Assembly (NCBI GenBank): GCA_023379265.1
Contig: JAMCUI010000015.1
Coordinates: 1 to 60,704 of the forward strand
Source of the DNA: Patescibacteria group bacterium
Lineage (GTDB): Bacteria > Patescibacteriota > Microgenomatia > 2-02-FULL-39-11
DNA length: 60,704 nt
Direction of reading: 5' to 3'
The stretch's first letter is position 1; every line of letters starts with the position of its first letter. Positions 40,122 to 49,010 of this stretch are shown here, piece after piece. The notes under the pieces are model-generated. The model did no database searches and was not told the DNA's origin. It saw nothing but the letters and a program-made list of their open reading frames with translations. A program made the position numbers and the translations under genes.

Positions 40122-40226
40122 GAATACGGGAAAAGGAATTTTTCTTGTCCCTTTCTACGGAACTTATACATTGAATACACGTGGCGTGAAGGTATAAATG
40201 CCCTACATAAATGCCCTTTCTACCTC

Positions 40227-40255
40227 TTGCACGGGAAAAAAGCTTAGTGTATAAT
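40227..40255 (+). promoter_or_regulatory. Sigma70-type promoter upstream of tuf
   Basis: TTGCAC, 17-nt spacer, TATAAT, 65 nt before the tuf ATG (SD TAAGGAGG). Confidence 0.55.
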
Positions 40256-40320
40256 TTCGCTACCCCAAATAATTTGGGAATATTTTTATTTTGTTATAAA
40301 CATCTAAGGAGGAAGTATTT

Positions 40321-41505
40321 ATGGCTACAGGAGTTTTTCAGAGAAGTAAACCCCATCTTAATATCGGGACTATCGGTCACGTTGATCACGGTAAGACTAC
40401 ACTGACTTCAGCAATTACACACGTGTTGGCCCAAAAAGGTATGGCCAAAGCTCTGAAATACGAAGAAATAGATAATGCTCCTGAAGAAAAAGCCAGAGGT
40501 GTCACAATAAATATCCACCACTCCGAGTATGAAACAGCCAAACGCCACTATGCACATATCGATGCCCCAGGACATGCAGATTACATAAAAAACATGATCA
40601 CTGGTGCAGCCCAAATGGATGGCGCCATTTTGGTGGTCTCTGCTCCTGATGGTCCGATGCCCCAGACAAGAGAGCACATACTTCTGGCACAACAGGTAAA
40701 CGTGCCGGCAATTGTCGTTTTTCTTAATAAGGTCGACATGGTATCGGATAAGGAACTTTTGGATCTGGTAGAGATGGAAATCAGAGAGCTTTTGACCAAA
40801 TACAAATTCCCGGGAGACAAAGTCAAAATTATAAGAGGCAGCGCCCTCAAGGCTCTGCAGGGAGACGCGGAAGCTATCAAGTCAATTGAGGCTCTAATGG
40901 ATGCGGTAGACAGCGAAATTCCCACACCGGTACGTGATACAGACAAACCGTTCCTTATGCCTATTGAGGATGTTTTCTCAATCAAGGGCCGAGGGACAGT
41001 CGTTACCGGCAGAGTGGAAAGAGGAAAGATAAAAGTCAACGAAGAAATAGAGATAGTCGGTATAAAGGCCACACAAAAGACAGTTATCACAGGGGTCGAA
41101 ATGTTCAGGAAAACTCTGGATGAAGCGATGGCCGGAGACAATGTCGGCCTTCTTCTAAGAGGTGTCGAGAAAAACCAGGTGGAGCGCGGACAGGTAGTAG
41201 CCAAGCCTGGCAGTATCACCCCTCATACAGAATTTGAGGCTGAGATTTATGTCCTGACGAAGGAAGAAGGAGGAAGGCATACGCCTTTCTTCACAGGATA
41301 CAGACCGCAGTTTTATGTAAAAACTACTGATATTACTGGCGAGATTACCCTTCCCAAGGGAGTGGAAATGGTGATGCCGGGAGACAGTATCAAGATGACG
41401 GCAAAACTCATCGTGCCTGTAGCTCTTGAGGAAGGCCAGAGATTTGCAGTAAGAGAAGGCGGACATACAGTAGGTGCGGGAGTAGTAACAAAAATACTAA
41501 AGTAA
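40321..41505 (+). CDS. tuf: Elongation factor Tu
   Basis: 394 aa with [17 protein letters not shown] and NKVD. Confidence 0.98.
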   Translation: MATGVFQRSKPHLNIGTIGHVDHGKTTLTSAITHVLAQKGMAKALKYEEIDNAPEEKARGVTINIHHSEYETAKRHYAHIDAPGHADYIKNMITGAAQMDGAILVVSAPDGPMPQTREHILLAQQVNVPAIVVFLNKVDMVSDKELLDLVEMEIRELLTKYKFPGDKVKIIRGSALKALQGDAEAIKSIEALMDAVDSEIPTPVRDTDKPFLMPIEDVFSIKGRGTVVTGRVERGKIKVNEEIEIVGIKATQKTVITGVEMFRKTLDEAMAGDNVGLLLRGVEKNQVERGQVVAKPGSITPHTEFEAEIYVLTKEEGGRHTPFFTGYRPQFYVKTTDITGEITLPKGVEMVMPGDSIKMTAKLIVPVALEEGQRFAVREGGHTVGAGVVTKILK

Positions 41506-41583
41506 AGAGTTATTTGAAATTCCGCAGCTTCTAGCGGACATACAGTAGGTGCGGGAGTAGTAACAAAAATACTAAAGTAAAGA
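41459..41583 (+). repeat. Repeat-spacer-repeat: the 3' end of tuf (50 nt including the stop) repeated at +75 nt
   Basis: 41459-41508 is identical (50/50) to 41534-41583, with a 25-nt unique spacer. Confidence 0.9.
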
Positions 41584-41601
41584 AGTTTTAACAATAAGAA
41601 A

Positions 41602-41910
41602 ATGCCGAAGGGACGAATTCGCGTACGTTTAAAAGCTTATGATGGCAGAATCATTGATGATTCATGCCAGAAGATACTGGATACGGCCGTAAGGACCGGT
41701 GCCCGGGTGGTGGGACCAATACCTCTGCCGACGGAAAAACAGCATTTTTCCGTCCCAACATCCCCGTTTACCGATAAGGATAGCCGGAATGCGTTTATGG
41801 TGAAGATACATAAGCGCCTTATCGATATCATCGAGCCTACGGACAAGACTATTGACTCTTTAATGCATCTGGAACTGCCAGCAGGCGTGGACATAGAAGT
41901 AAAGATGTGA
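41602..41910 (+). CDS. rpsJ: 30S ribosomal protein S10
   Basis: 102 aa starting IRVRLKAYD; position after tuf. Confidence 0.95.
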   Translation: MPKGRIRVRLKAYDGRIIDDSCQKILDTAVRTGARVVGPIPLPTEKQHFSVPTSPFTDKDSRNAFMVKIHKRLIDIIEPTDKTIDSLMHLELPAGVDIEVKM

Positions 41911-42068
41911 AAGTAGAGTTGGACTTTGGGTCAAGAGGATTGTGTTGTAATTCAAGAGCAGGCGTGGACATAGAAGTAAAGATGTGAAAGTAGAGTTGGA
42001 CTTTGGGTCAAGAGGATTGTGTTGTAATTCAAGAGCAGGCGTGGACATAGAAGTAAAGATGTGAAAGT
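41880..42068 (+). repeat. 77-nt unit x 2.45 beginning 30 nt inside the 3' end of rpsJ
   Basis: 41881-41957 equals 41958-42034 (77/77). 42035-42068 repeats the first 34 nt. Each copy contains AGVDIEVKM plus TGA. Confidence 0.9.
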
Positions 42069-42096
42069 TCCAAAATGTCAGACGGGTTGATTTGGT

Positions 42097-42125
42097 TTGA
42101 TATATCAGACTTAAATCTGTATAAT
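42097..42125 (+). promoter_or_regulatory. Consensus sigma70 promoter inside the rpsJ-rplC spacer
   Basis: TTGATA, 17-nt spacer, TATAAT. Confidence 0.55.
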
Positions 42126-42193
42126 TGTAAAAGATCATGATGGTGAAAAAACACCGTTATAAAACAAAATAATCGGATGTTGCGGGATATTTA

Positions 42194-42219
42194 TAGCCCC
42201 TTATCCGGGGCTATTTTTT
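42194..42219 (+). terminator. Rho-independent terminator 19 nt upstream of rplC
   Basis: TAGCCCCttatccGGGGCTA followed by TTTTTT. Confidence 0.75.
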
Positions 42220-42238
42220 GTTTGAATGATAATAAATT

Positions 42239-42892
42239 ATGATACAAGCAATTTTAGGCATAAAAAAAGATCAGTCGCAGACTTTTACACCGGATGGGAA
42301 AAGAATCCCGGTGACACGCGTATCGACTGCTTCATGCCGGGTGGTAAACGTAAAAACTGAAGATAAAGACGGTTACAATGCTATCCAGCTTGGTATTGGT
42401 AGCAAAAGAGCCGTTACTCTCACTAAACCTGAATTGGGAAATTTGAAAAAGGCGGGGTTGGACAAAAATCCACCCCGTTTTTTGCGGGAAGTCAGCATAG
42501 AGAACAAAGAAGATTTTACCGATGAGAAACTCAAACCGGGTTCAGAAATAAAAACTTCTGACGTATTTAAGGAAGGTGATGTTATCCAGGTGACCGGTGT
42601 GACCAAAGGTAAAGGTTTTCAGGGAGCAGTAAAAAGACACCACTTCAAGGGAGGTCCCAGGACCCACGGACAGTCAGATCGCGAAAGGGCTCCCGGCTCA
42701 ATAGGCCAGACTACTACTCCGGGAAGAGTCTACCGCGGCAAAAGAATGGCAGGACATATGGGCAGCGATACAGTGACAGTCAAAAATCTGAAAGTAGTCA
42801 AAATTGATGATGAAAAAAACATATTGACAGTTTTGGGTGTGGTACCTGGTGGAAGAAATTCGCTGCTTGTTATTAAAAAGTTAACAAATTAA
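42239..42892 (+). CDS. rplC: 50S ribosomal protein L3
   Basis: 217 aa with GVTKGKGFQG; S10-operon order. Confidence 0.95.
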   Translation: MIQAILGIKKDQSQTFTPDGKRIPVTRVSTASCRVVNVKTEDKDGYNAIQLGIGSKRAVTLTKPELGNLKKAGLDKNPPRFLREVSIENKEDFTDEKLKPGSEIKTSDVFKEGDVIQVTGVTKGKGFQGAVKRHHFKGGPRTHGQSDRERAPGSIGQTTTPGRVYRGKRMAGHMGSDTVTVKNLKVVKIDDEKNILTVLGVVPGGRNSLLVIKKLTN

Positions 42893-42962
42893 TTAGGGGA
42901 AGATTAGAACAGGGGCAGCAAACTAAATCTGCAATTATCATTACCAAATTATAAGTACAAAT

Positions 42963-43841
42963 ATGCCAAGGGTAAAAAAAGATAAAGAGCAAATAGAGAC
43001 AAAGAAAGATCTGAAAATTGACGTATACAACCTGAGCGGAAAAGTGACTGGGAAAGCGGATCTGCCGGGTGAGTTTTTTGCGGCAAAGGTATCAATGCCT
43101 CTTATAAATCAGGCTATCCGTGTATATACCGCAAACCAGCGTGCAGGTACCCACGACACAAAAACCCGGACTTTTGTTATCGGTTCCACCAAAAAAATTT
43201 ACCGCCAGAAGGGTACAGGGCGTGCCAGACACGGGGATATCAAAGCCCCGATTTTTGTCGGTGGAGGAGTGGCTCACGGCCCAAAACCAAAAGACTATTC
43301 CCTTTCTTTGCCAAAAAAGATGAGACAAAACGTTTTTTGCGCATCACTCACTGACAAGTTCCAGAATGGGAAGCTAAAAGTAGTGACGGGATTGGCAGAG
43401 ATCGAGCCTAAGACAAAAAATGTCAACCTGATGCTCAAGAATTTGGGATACTTGGCTGACGATGGAGCACTTGGAAAAAGCGTCATATTGGTATTGCCTT
43501 CAGTCATGAGGAATGTGATTTTGGCCGGAAGGAATATCGAAAATCTCTCTGTTTCCCAAGTGGAAAATTTGAGCGCTTATGATGTAATGAGGGTGCAAGA
43601 AGTGCTTTTTATGAAAGAGTCTCTCAAGGTTTTGGATGACAGAAGCGCTTCAAAAGTTAAAGAAGACAAAAAGGGGAAAAAGGCAATAGAAATGGATTTG
43701 AGTCTCGGGACGGGAAAGCCGGAAGAAAAGAAGCCAAAAACGGTAACAGCAAAGAAAGCAAAAAAGGAAGAGAAGCCAGCCAAAAAGACTGTAAAGAAAG
43801 CAGTCAAAAAGGTAAATGGAAAATCAGCAAAAAAGAAATAA
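42963..43841 (+). CDS. rplD: 50S ribosomal protein L4 with an approximately 85-aa Lys-rich C-terminal extension
   Basis: L4 core (QKGTGRARHGDIKAPIFVGGGVAHGPKP) followed by a KKPKTVTAKKAKKEEKPAKK... tail. Confidence 0.93.
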   Translation: MPRVKKDKEQIETKKDLKIDVYNLSGKVTGKADLPGEFFAAKVSMPLINQAIRVYTANQRAGTHDTKTRTFVIGSTKKIYRQKGTGRARHGDIKAPIFVGGGVAHGPKPKDYSLSLPKKMRQNVFCASLTDKFQNGKLKVVTGLAEIEPKTKNVNLMLKNLGYLADDGALGKSVILVLPSVMRNVILAGRNIENLSVSQVENLSAYDVMRVQEVLFMKESLKVLDDRSASKVKEDKKGKKAIEMDLSLGTGKPEEKKPKTVTAKKAKKEEKPAKKTVKKAVKKVNGKSAKKK

Positions 43842-43854
43842 GTTGATATTTTAT

Positions 43855-44151
43855 ATGTCAGAAAACGTAATTATACGACCAATAATAACTGAAAAATCAT
43901 TGATAGACGCAAAAAACGGAATCTTTACATTTGCAGTGGAAGGGAAAGCGACAAAATTCCAGATAAAGAAAGCGATAGAGTCGATGTTTAGCGTCCATGT
44001 CAAATTGATCACAACCGTAAAGACTAAAGGTAAAAAAAGGACTGTAGGCAGGAAAAGGCTGACGGTATATAAGCCTGATTTGAAAAAAGCCAGAGTCAAA
44101 TTGGCAAAGGATGAGAAAATAGATTTGTTTGAAGTAGGAGAAGGAAAATGA
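43855..44151 (+). CDS. rplW: 50S ribosomal protein L23
   Basis: The ATG at 43855 gives [15 protein letters not shown]. Confidence 0.93.
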   Translation: MSENVIIRPIITEKSLIDAKNGIFTFAVEGKATKFQIKKAIESMFSVHVKLITTVKTKGKKRTVGRKRLTVYKPDLKKARVKLAKDEKIDLFEVGEGK

Positions 44152-44921
44152 CAAGATTTAGAAATTTCATGGAACCGAAATCACTCATGAGTATATTACC
44201 GAAAAATTCCGGAAGGAATAATTCCGGGAAAATTACAGTGAGGCATCAGGGAGCGCGTGAGAAAAGGTATTACCGTGAGATTGATTTTAAGAGGGATAAA
44301 TTTGGGGTAGAGGGAAAAATCATTGCCTTTGATTATGACCCAAATAGGAATGTGGAGATAGCCCTGGTGCTTTACAAAGATGGAGAAAAAAGGTATATTT
44401 TGAAACCTCAGGGTTTGAAGGTGGGGGATATGGTGCTTTCCAAGCAGGATGCCGAGGCCAGATTGGGCAACAGTCTTTTTTTGGCAAATATACCTATTGG
44501 TACTTCTGTACACAATGTTGAACTAGCAGAGGGAAGGGGTGGGCAAATGGTAAGAGGCGCCGGAACTGCAGCAGTAGTCTTGGCAAAAGAAGGAAGTTTT
44601 GCCCACGTCAGGTTGCCTTCAGGTGAGATCAGGATGATAAAAGGCAACTGCTATGCCACAGTGGGACAGCTGGCAAACTCCGAATGGAAATCACAAATTA
44701 TTGGGAAGGCCGGAAGGAAAAGGCATATGGGGATAAGGCCACAAGTACGCGGAACAGCAATGAATCCCCGTTCTCATCCGCATGGTGGAGGAGAAGGTAG
44801 AAGCGGAGAGGGTCTCAAACAGCCCAAGACTCCATGGGGGAAGCCTGCAAGAGGTTTGAAAACCAGAAAACCGGGCAAGTTCAGCGATAAATATATATTA
44901 CAAAGGAGAAAGAAGAAATAA
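44148..44921 (+). CDS. rplB: 50S ribosomal protein L2
   Basis: [37 protein letters not shown] and [13 protein letters not shown]. Shorter N-terminus than E. coli L2. Confidence 0.95.
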   Translation: MTRFRNFMEPKSLMSILPKNSGRNNSGKITVRHQGAREKRYYREIDFKRDKFGVEGKIIAFDYDPNRNVEIALVLYKDGEKRYILKPQGLKVGDMVLSKQDAEARLGNSLFLANIPIGTSVHNVELAEGRGGQMVRGAGTAAVVLAKEGSFAHVRLPSGEIRMIKGNCYATVGQLANSEWKSQIIGKAGRKRHMGIRPQVRGTAMNPRSHPHGGGEGRSGEGLKQPKTPWGKPARGLKTRKPGKFSDKYILQRRKKK

Positions 44922-44922
44922 T

Positions 44923-45207
44923 ATGAGCAGAAGCCTGAAGAAAGGTCCATACATAAACCAGAAATTGCTGAAAAAAGTAATCGTGATGAAAAATTCCGGG
45001 CGCGGCGAAGCAGTGAAGACTTGGGATAGGAGTTGCCAGATACCGCCTGAATTTGTCGGCCAGAAGCTGGCTGTTTATAACGGAAGGCATTTTATAGAAG
45101 TGTTTGTGACTGAGGCGATGGTCGGCCATAGGCTTGGAGAATTTGCGCCAACCCGCACATTTAGGGGACATGGACAAGTGACAAAGAGAGTTTTGGAGAA
45201 GACATAA
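44923..45207 (+). CDS. rpsS: 30S ribosomal protein S19
   Basis: [10 protein letters not shown]...[16 protein letters not shown]. Confidence 0.96.
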   Translation: MSRSLKKGPYINQKLLKKVIVMKNSGRGEAVKTWDRSCQIPPEFVGQKLAVYNGRHFIEVFVTEAMVGHRLGEFAPTRTFRGHGQVTKRVLEKT

Positions 45208-45210
45208 TCT

Positions 45211-45708
45211 ATGAATAACACGGTTTATATAAAATATTTGCGGATATCCTCCAAGAAAATGCGGGGATTGGCAAAAATAGTAGTAGGTATGCCGCCCAAA
45301 GTCGCTTTGGACAGGCTGTCTGTAGTCAGCGGAAAAGCCGGCAGAATGATGAGTCTGGTCGTAAAATCGGCCATGGCCAATGCGACCAACAATATGAAGC
45401 TAAACGCCGCAGACTTGCGTATCAAAAGGATAGAGGTTTTGGAAGGACCTGCATTCAAGCGCTGGCAACCGGTATCCAGGGGGATGGCGCACCAGATAAA
45501 AAAAAGAACTACGCATTTGAGAATAGAGCTTGAAGAGAAACAGGGTAAGACGCTTCCCGCAGCAGCAGGAAAGGATAATAAGCCGGTTCAGGAAAAGAAA
45601 AGAGTAGAAAAAGCAGAAGTAAAAGCGCTGCCACAAGAAAAAGAAAAGAATATGAAAAAAGAAGAAATTGTGACTGAAAGGAGAGAAAAAAGTGGGACAA
45701 AAAGTTAA
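45211..45708 (+). CDS. rplV: 50S ribosomal protein L22 with a Lys/Glu-rich C-terminal extension
   Basis: L22 core followed by about 50 extra residues; operon order. Confidence 0.9.
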   Translation: MNNTVYIKYLRISSKKMRGLAKIVVGMPPKVALDRLSVVSGKAGRMMSLVVKSAMANATNNMKLNAADLRIKRIEVLEGPAFKRWQPVSRGMAHQIKKRTTHLRIELEEKQGKTLPAAAGKDNKPVQEKKRVEKAEVKALPQEKEKNMKKEEIVTERREKSGTKS

Positions 45709-46351
45709 TCCTAAAGGTTTTAGAATAGGTCCTCTTTATAGTTGGGAGTCAAGATGGTTTGCCAACAAGAAGGATTATAAGAACTTTGTGGTGGAAGATG
45801 CCAAACTGCGCAAATCACTTCTTGCCAGGCTGCAGCCTGCAGGCATAGTGAAGGTGGAAATTGAAAGATCGATAAACAAGATCAATATTATCCTTAACGT
45901 GGTGCGTCCCGGAATGGTGATAGGTCGGGGCGGAAGCGGTATGGAAACGGTAAAAAAATTCATAATTGATACAATTTTTGCCCACAGGAGAAGCATAAAG
46001 CAAAATATCAAGAAAGCATCCCTCAAAGTGGATATTAGGGTAGAACCGGTAAAGGAGCCTTATCTTTCTTCATATTTTGTCGCTTCCCAAATTGCCGAAC
46101 AGTTGGCCAAAAGGCTCAATCATAAGAGGGCAGTGTCCATGGCGATGGAAAAAGTGAAGACTGCCGGTGCAAGAGGAGTAAAAATTGTCCTATCAGGAAG
46201 GATAGGCGGGGCGGAAATCTCAAGACGAGAAAGCTATAAGACTGGTACTATACCCTTGTCGACATTACGTGAGGATGTTGATTTTGCGGCTGTACCATCC
46301 CTGACTAAATCCGGTTACATAGGCGTGAAGGTCTGGATTTGCAAGTCATAA
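45692..46351 (+). CDS. rpsC: 30S ribosomal protein S3
   Basis: GTG start; MGQKVNPKGFRIG; KH domain. Confidence 0.95.
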   Translation: MGQKVNPKGFRIGPLYSWESRWFANKKDYKNFVVEDAKLRKSLLARLQPAGIVKVEIERSINKINIILNVVRPGMVIGRGGSGMETVKKFIIDTIFAHRRSIKQNIKKASLKVDIRVEPVKEPYLSSYFVASQIAEQLAKRLNHKRAVSMAMEKVKTAGARGVKIVLSGRIGGAEISRRESYKTGTIPLSTLREDVDFAAVPSLTKSGYIGVKVWICKS

Positions 46352-46378
46352 AAAAGCAAAAGATTCATTACTTATATT

Positions 46379-46786
46379 ATGTTAGTACCAAAAAGAGCAA
46401 AATACAGAAAACAGTTCCGGGGCACAATGGGAGGCCAATCGCTTCGGGGTAGTTACCTTTCTTTTGGCGAATACGGCCTAAAGGCTATGTCGGCCAGCTG
46501 GGTGTCATCCCGTCAGATAGAGGCTGGAAGGCGCGTTTTGACTAGATATACAGCAAAGGGAGGTCGTGTCTGGATCAGGATATTTCCTGATAAGCCAGTT
46601 TCTGACAAACCGCCAGAAGTAAGAATGGGAGGGGGCAAGGGAGATATAGTTGATTATGTAGCAGTGGTGCGGCCGGGAAGGATAATTTTTGAGATGGGGG
46701 GAATCCCTGAGGAATTGGCAAAAGAAGCCCTTGAGTCTGCTTCTAGTAAATTACCACTGAAGACAAAATTTCTGAAAAGGGACTAA
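46379..46786 (+). CDS. rplP: 50S ribosomal protein L16
   Basis: MLVPKRAKYRKQFRG... Confidence 0.96.
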   Translation: MLVPKRAKYRKQFRGTMGGQSLRGSYLSFGEYGLKAMSASWVSSRQIEAGRRVLTRYTAKGGRVWIRIFPDKPVSDKPPEVRMGGGKGDIVDYVAVVRPGRIIFEMGGIPEELAKEALESASSKLPLKTKFLKRD

Positions 46787-46790
46787 AAAT

Positions 46791-47003
46791 ATGAAAAAAA
46801 GTGTTTTTAAGGACTTGAGGAACAAATCGGATGAAGAACTGAAAAAGATGGTGGCTGATACCAAAAAGGAGCTTGTAAAGATTATGATCCAGCATAAATC
46901 AGGCAAACTCAAAGACGTCATGCTTTCCAGAAGAAAAAAGAAGGATATTGCCAGGATGTTAACAATTTTGCGTGAGAAAAAGATTACGCAGGAGAGAGCA
47001 TAA
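46791..47003 (+). CDS. rpmC: 50S ribosomal protein L29
   Basis: 70 aa; position between rplP and rpsQ; typical LRNKSDEEL helix. Confidence 0.9.
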   Translation: MKKSVFKDLRNKSDEELKKMVADTKKELVKIMIQHKSGKLKDVMLSRRKKKDIARMLTILREKKITQERA

Positions 47004-47007
47004 GTAT

Positions 47008-47280
47008 ATGAAAGCAGAAAAAGAAACAACCAGGAAGCATAAAATCACAAAAACGCTGAAAGGAAAAGTAGTGTCCAATAAAATGACCAGGACTATAGTG
47101 GTTGAAGTGGGCAGGCAAAGAGTGCACCCTCTTTACAAGAAAATCATGAGAAGATCCAAAAGATATAAGGTCGAGGGAGATGAAAAATCAGTAAATATAG
47201 GAGATATGGTAAAGATTGGTGCGGTGAGACCGATCTCAAAAGAAAAACATTTTCAGTTAATAGGTAAAGTAGGAAAATAA
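47008..47280 (+). CDS. rpsQ: 30S ribosomal protein S17
   Basis: ATG at 47008; [17 protein letters not shown]...HPLYKK. Confidence 0.93.
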   Translation: MKAEKETTRKHKITKTLKGKVVSNKMTRTIVVEVGRQRVHPLYKKIMRRSKRYKVEGDEKSVNIGDMVKIGAVRPISKEKHFQLIGKVGK

Positions 47281-47281
47281 T

Positions 47282-47656
47282 ATGATCCAACTTAGAAGCA
47301 TCGTAAATGTAGCAGACAACAGTGGAGCGCACAGGCTTTCTGTCATCCAGGTGATGGGGCACGGTAATAGGACTCTAGCTTACTTGGGGGATGTAGTAAA
47401 CTGTGTTGTAAAAAAAGCGGACCCTGAAGGTATGGTCAAGACCCATGAGAAAGTGAAAGCGGTAATTGTACGCTCCCGCAAAGAAAAAAGAAGGCTAGAC
47501 GGTTCATATATCAGGTTTGACGACAATGCGGTTGTGATAATTGACAATCCCAAGGATAAAAATCCCAAAGGTACCAGGATTTTTGGGCCAGTTGCCCGTG
47601 AGCTCAAGGACTTGGGTTTTGCCAAGATTGTTTCCATGGCCCAGGAGGTATATTGA
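47282..47656 (+). CDS. rplN: 50S ribosomal protein L14
   Basis: [16 protein letters not shown]... Confidence 0.96.
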   Translation: MIQLRSIVNVADNSGAHRLSVIQVMGHGNRTLAYLGDVVNCVVKKADPEGMVKTHEKVKAVIVRSRKEKRRLDGSYIRFDDNAVVIIDNPKDKNPKGTRIFGPVARELKDLGFAKIVSMAQEVY

Positions 47657-47743
47657 CAAAAGTTGCGGGTAGAATTCAGATTTATTATTCTGACAATCTG
47701 TAATCTGATTCCGTAATTCAAGTTTATTAAAGCAACAAATCAT

Positions 47744-48049
47744 ATGAAACTGAAAAAAGGCGACGAAGTCATAATTACATCCGGAAAGGATAAGGGTAAA
47801 AAAGGCAAGATAGAGAAAGTATTTAGAAAAAGCAATACGGTACTTTTGCCGGGTTTGAATGTTTTTAAGAGACATATGAAAAAAAGGGACGAAAACAATC
47901 CCGGAGGGATAATAGATTTCCCCCGACCGGTAAAAGTGGCAAACGTGGCCCTTATCTGTCCCAAGTGCGGAAAGCCAACCAGAATAGGATATAAAGTCCA
48001 GGGAGATACCAAAAGCCGTATTTGCAGAAAATGTGATTCAATATTATAA
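47744..48049 (+). CDS. rplX: 50S ribosomal protein L24
   Basis: KKGDEVIITSGKDKGKKG KOW motif. Has a CPKCG...CRKC zinc-ribbon-like C-terminus. Confidence 0.93.
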   Translation: MKLKKGDEVIITSGKDKGKKGKIEKVFRKSNTVLLPGLNVFKRHMKKRDENNPGGIIDFPRPVKVANVALICPKCGKPTRIGYKVQGDTKSRICRKCDSIL

Positions 48050-48053
48050 TCTT

Positions 48054-48623
48054 ATGTCTAATCTTTTTAAGTATTATCAGGAAGAAGGAAGAAAAATTTT
48101 GGCCAAGGATTTGGGCATTGGGAATATCATGATGGTGCCCAAGCTGGTAAAGATTGTAGTCAATATCGGCCTTGGTGAGGCGCTGACAGACAAGAAGGTG
48201 CTTGAAGTGGCAGCAGGGCAATTGTCCCAGATTACTGGGCAAAAACCTTCCATAAGGCGTGCTAAACATGATATTTCCTCTTTCAAGTTGCGTCAGGGAG
48301 ATGCGGTAGGACTAAAAGTGACCCTTAGGGGAAGAATGATGTATGATTTTTGTGAGAAGCTGGTGAAGATAGTTTTACCAAGAATCAGGGATTTTCGGGG
48401 AGTGCCAGATACCGGTTTTGATAAGGAAGGCAATTTCACATTGGGATTATCCGAACAGATAGTATTTCCGGAGATAGAATACAGCCAGGTAGATAAGATA
48501 AGAGGACTGGAGATGACCTTTGTCATTTCCGGTAAAGGAAAGAAAGAAGCAAGGAGGCTTTTGGAGGTTTTGGGTATGCCGTTTAAGAAACCGGTTGCAG
48601 CAAAGAGGGCAGAAGGGAAATAA
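48054..48623 (+). CDS. rplE: 50S ribosomal protein L5
   Basis: ATG at 48054; [16 protein letters not shown]. Confidence 0.95.
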   Translation: MSNLFKYYQEEGRKILAKDLGIGNIMMVPKLVKIVVNIGLGEALTDKKVLEVAAGQLSQITGQKPSIRRAKHDISSFKLRQGDAVGLKVTLRGRMMYDFCEKLVKIVLPRIRDFRGVPDTGFDKEGNFTLGLSEQIVFPEIEYSQVDKIRGLEMTFVISGKGKKEARRLLEVLGMPFKKPVAAKRAEGK

Positions 48624-48640
48624 TAATTTTTTATAAAAAT

Positions 48641-48826
48641 ATGGCTAAAGTATCTGATATAGTCAAATTCAAGAAAAAACAGAAATTCAATGTACGCGCG
48701 CATAACCGCTGTCAGCTATGCGGAAGAAACAGGGGATATATGAGAAAATTCGGTTTATGCCGGCTTTGCTTCCGCGAGTTAGCCCTGAAAGGTGAATTGC
48801 CAGGAGTAGTAAAGGCTAGCTGGTGA
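48641..48826 (+). CDS. rpsN: 30S ribosomal protein S14, type Z (zinc-binding, 61 aa)
   Basis: [10 protein letters not shown]...CRLCFRE. Confidence 0.95.
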   Translation: MAKVSDIVKFKKKQKFNVRAHNRCQLCGRNRGYMRKFGLCRLCFRELALKGELPGVVKASW

Positions 48827-48994
48827 GGCGTAAGACAGACTTAATTCGTAGGTTTTGATGAGTGACGGAAACAGCGGGAGTAGTAAAGGCTAGCTGGTGA
48901 GGCGTAAGACAGACTTAATTCGTAGGTTTTGATGAGTGACGGAAACAGCGGGAGTAGTAAAGGCTAGCTGGTGAGGAGTAAGACAGACTTAATT
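48803..48994 (+). repeat. 74-nt unit x 2.6 beginning 24 nt inside the 3' end of rpsN
   Basis: 48803-48876 equals 48877-48950 (74/74). 48951-48994 repeats the first 44 nt with one mismatch (48977). Confidence 0.9.
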
Positions 48995-49010
48995 ATTGAA
49001 TAAAAAATAT

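Noticed and set aside
41880-42068. The repeat-spacer-repeat layout at rpsJ and rpsN could be a mini-CRISPR array.
   Set aside because: The spacers within each locus are identical, the repeats are gene 3' ends that differ between loci, there are at most 3 copies, and no cas genes are in the window.
42871-42952. Possible diverged copies of the rplC 3' end (+60 nt), the adk 3' end (53304 against 53388) and the rpsG end (10540 against 10575).
   Set aside because: Only 10-12 nt of AT-rich similarity, or similarity that needs gaps or shows only at the peptide level. This is not distinguishable from chance by eye.
47657-47743. The 87-nt rplN-rplX spacer, with an AATTCAGATTTATTA / AATTCAAGTTTATTA direct repeat and a 9-bp hairpin, as a fifth gene-end reiteration.
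   Set aside because: The repeated string is not derived from the rplN 3' end. It is AT-rich and short. It may be a minor regulatory hairpin but is not part of the pattern.
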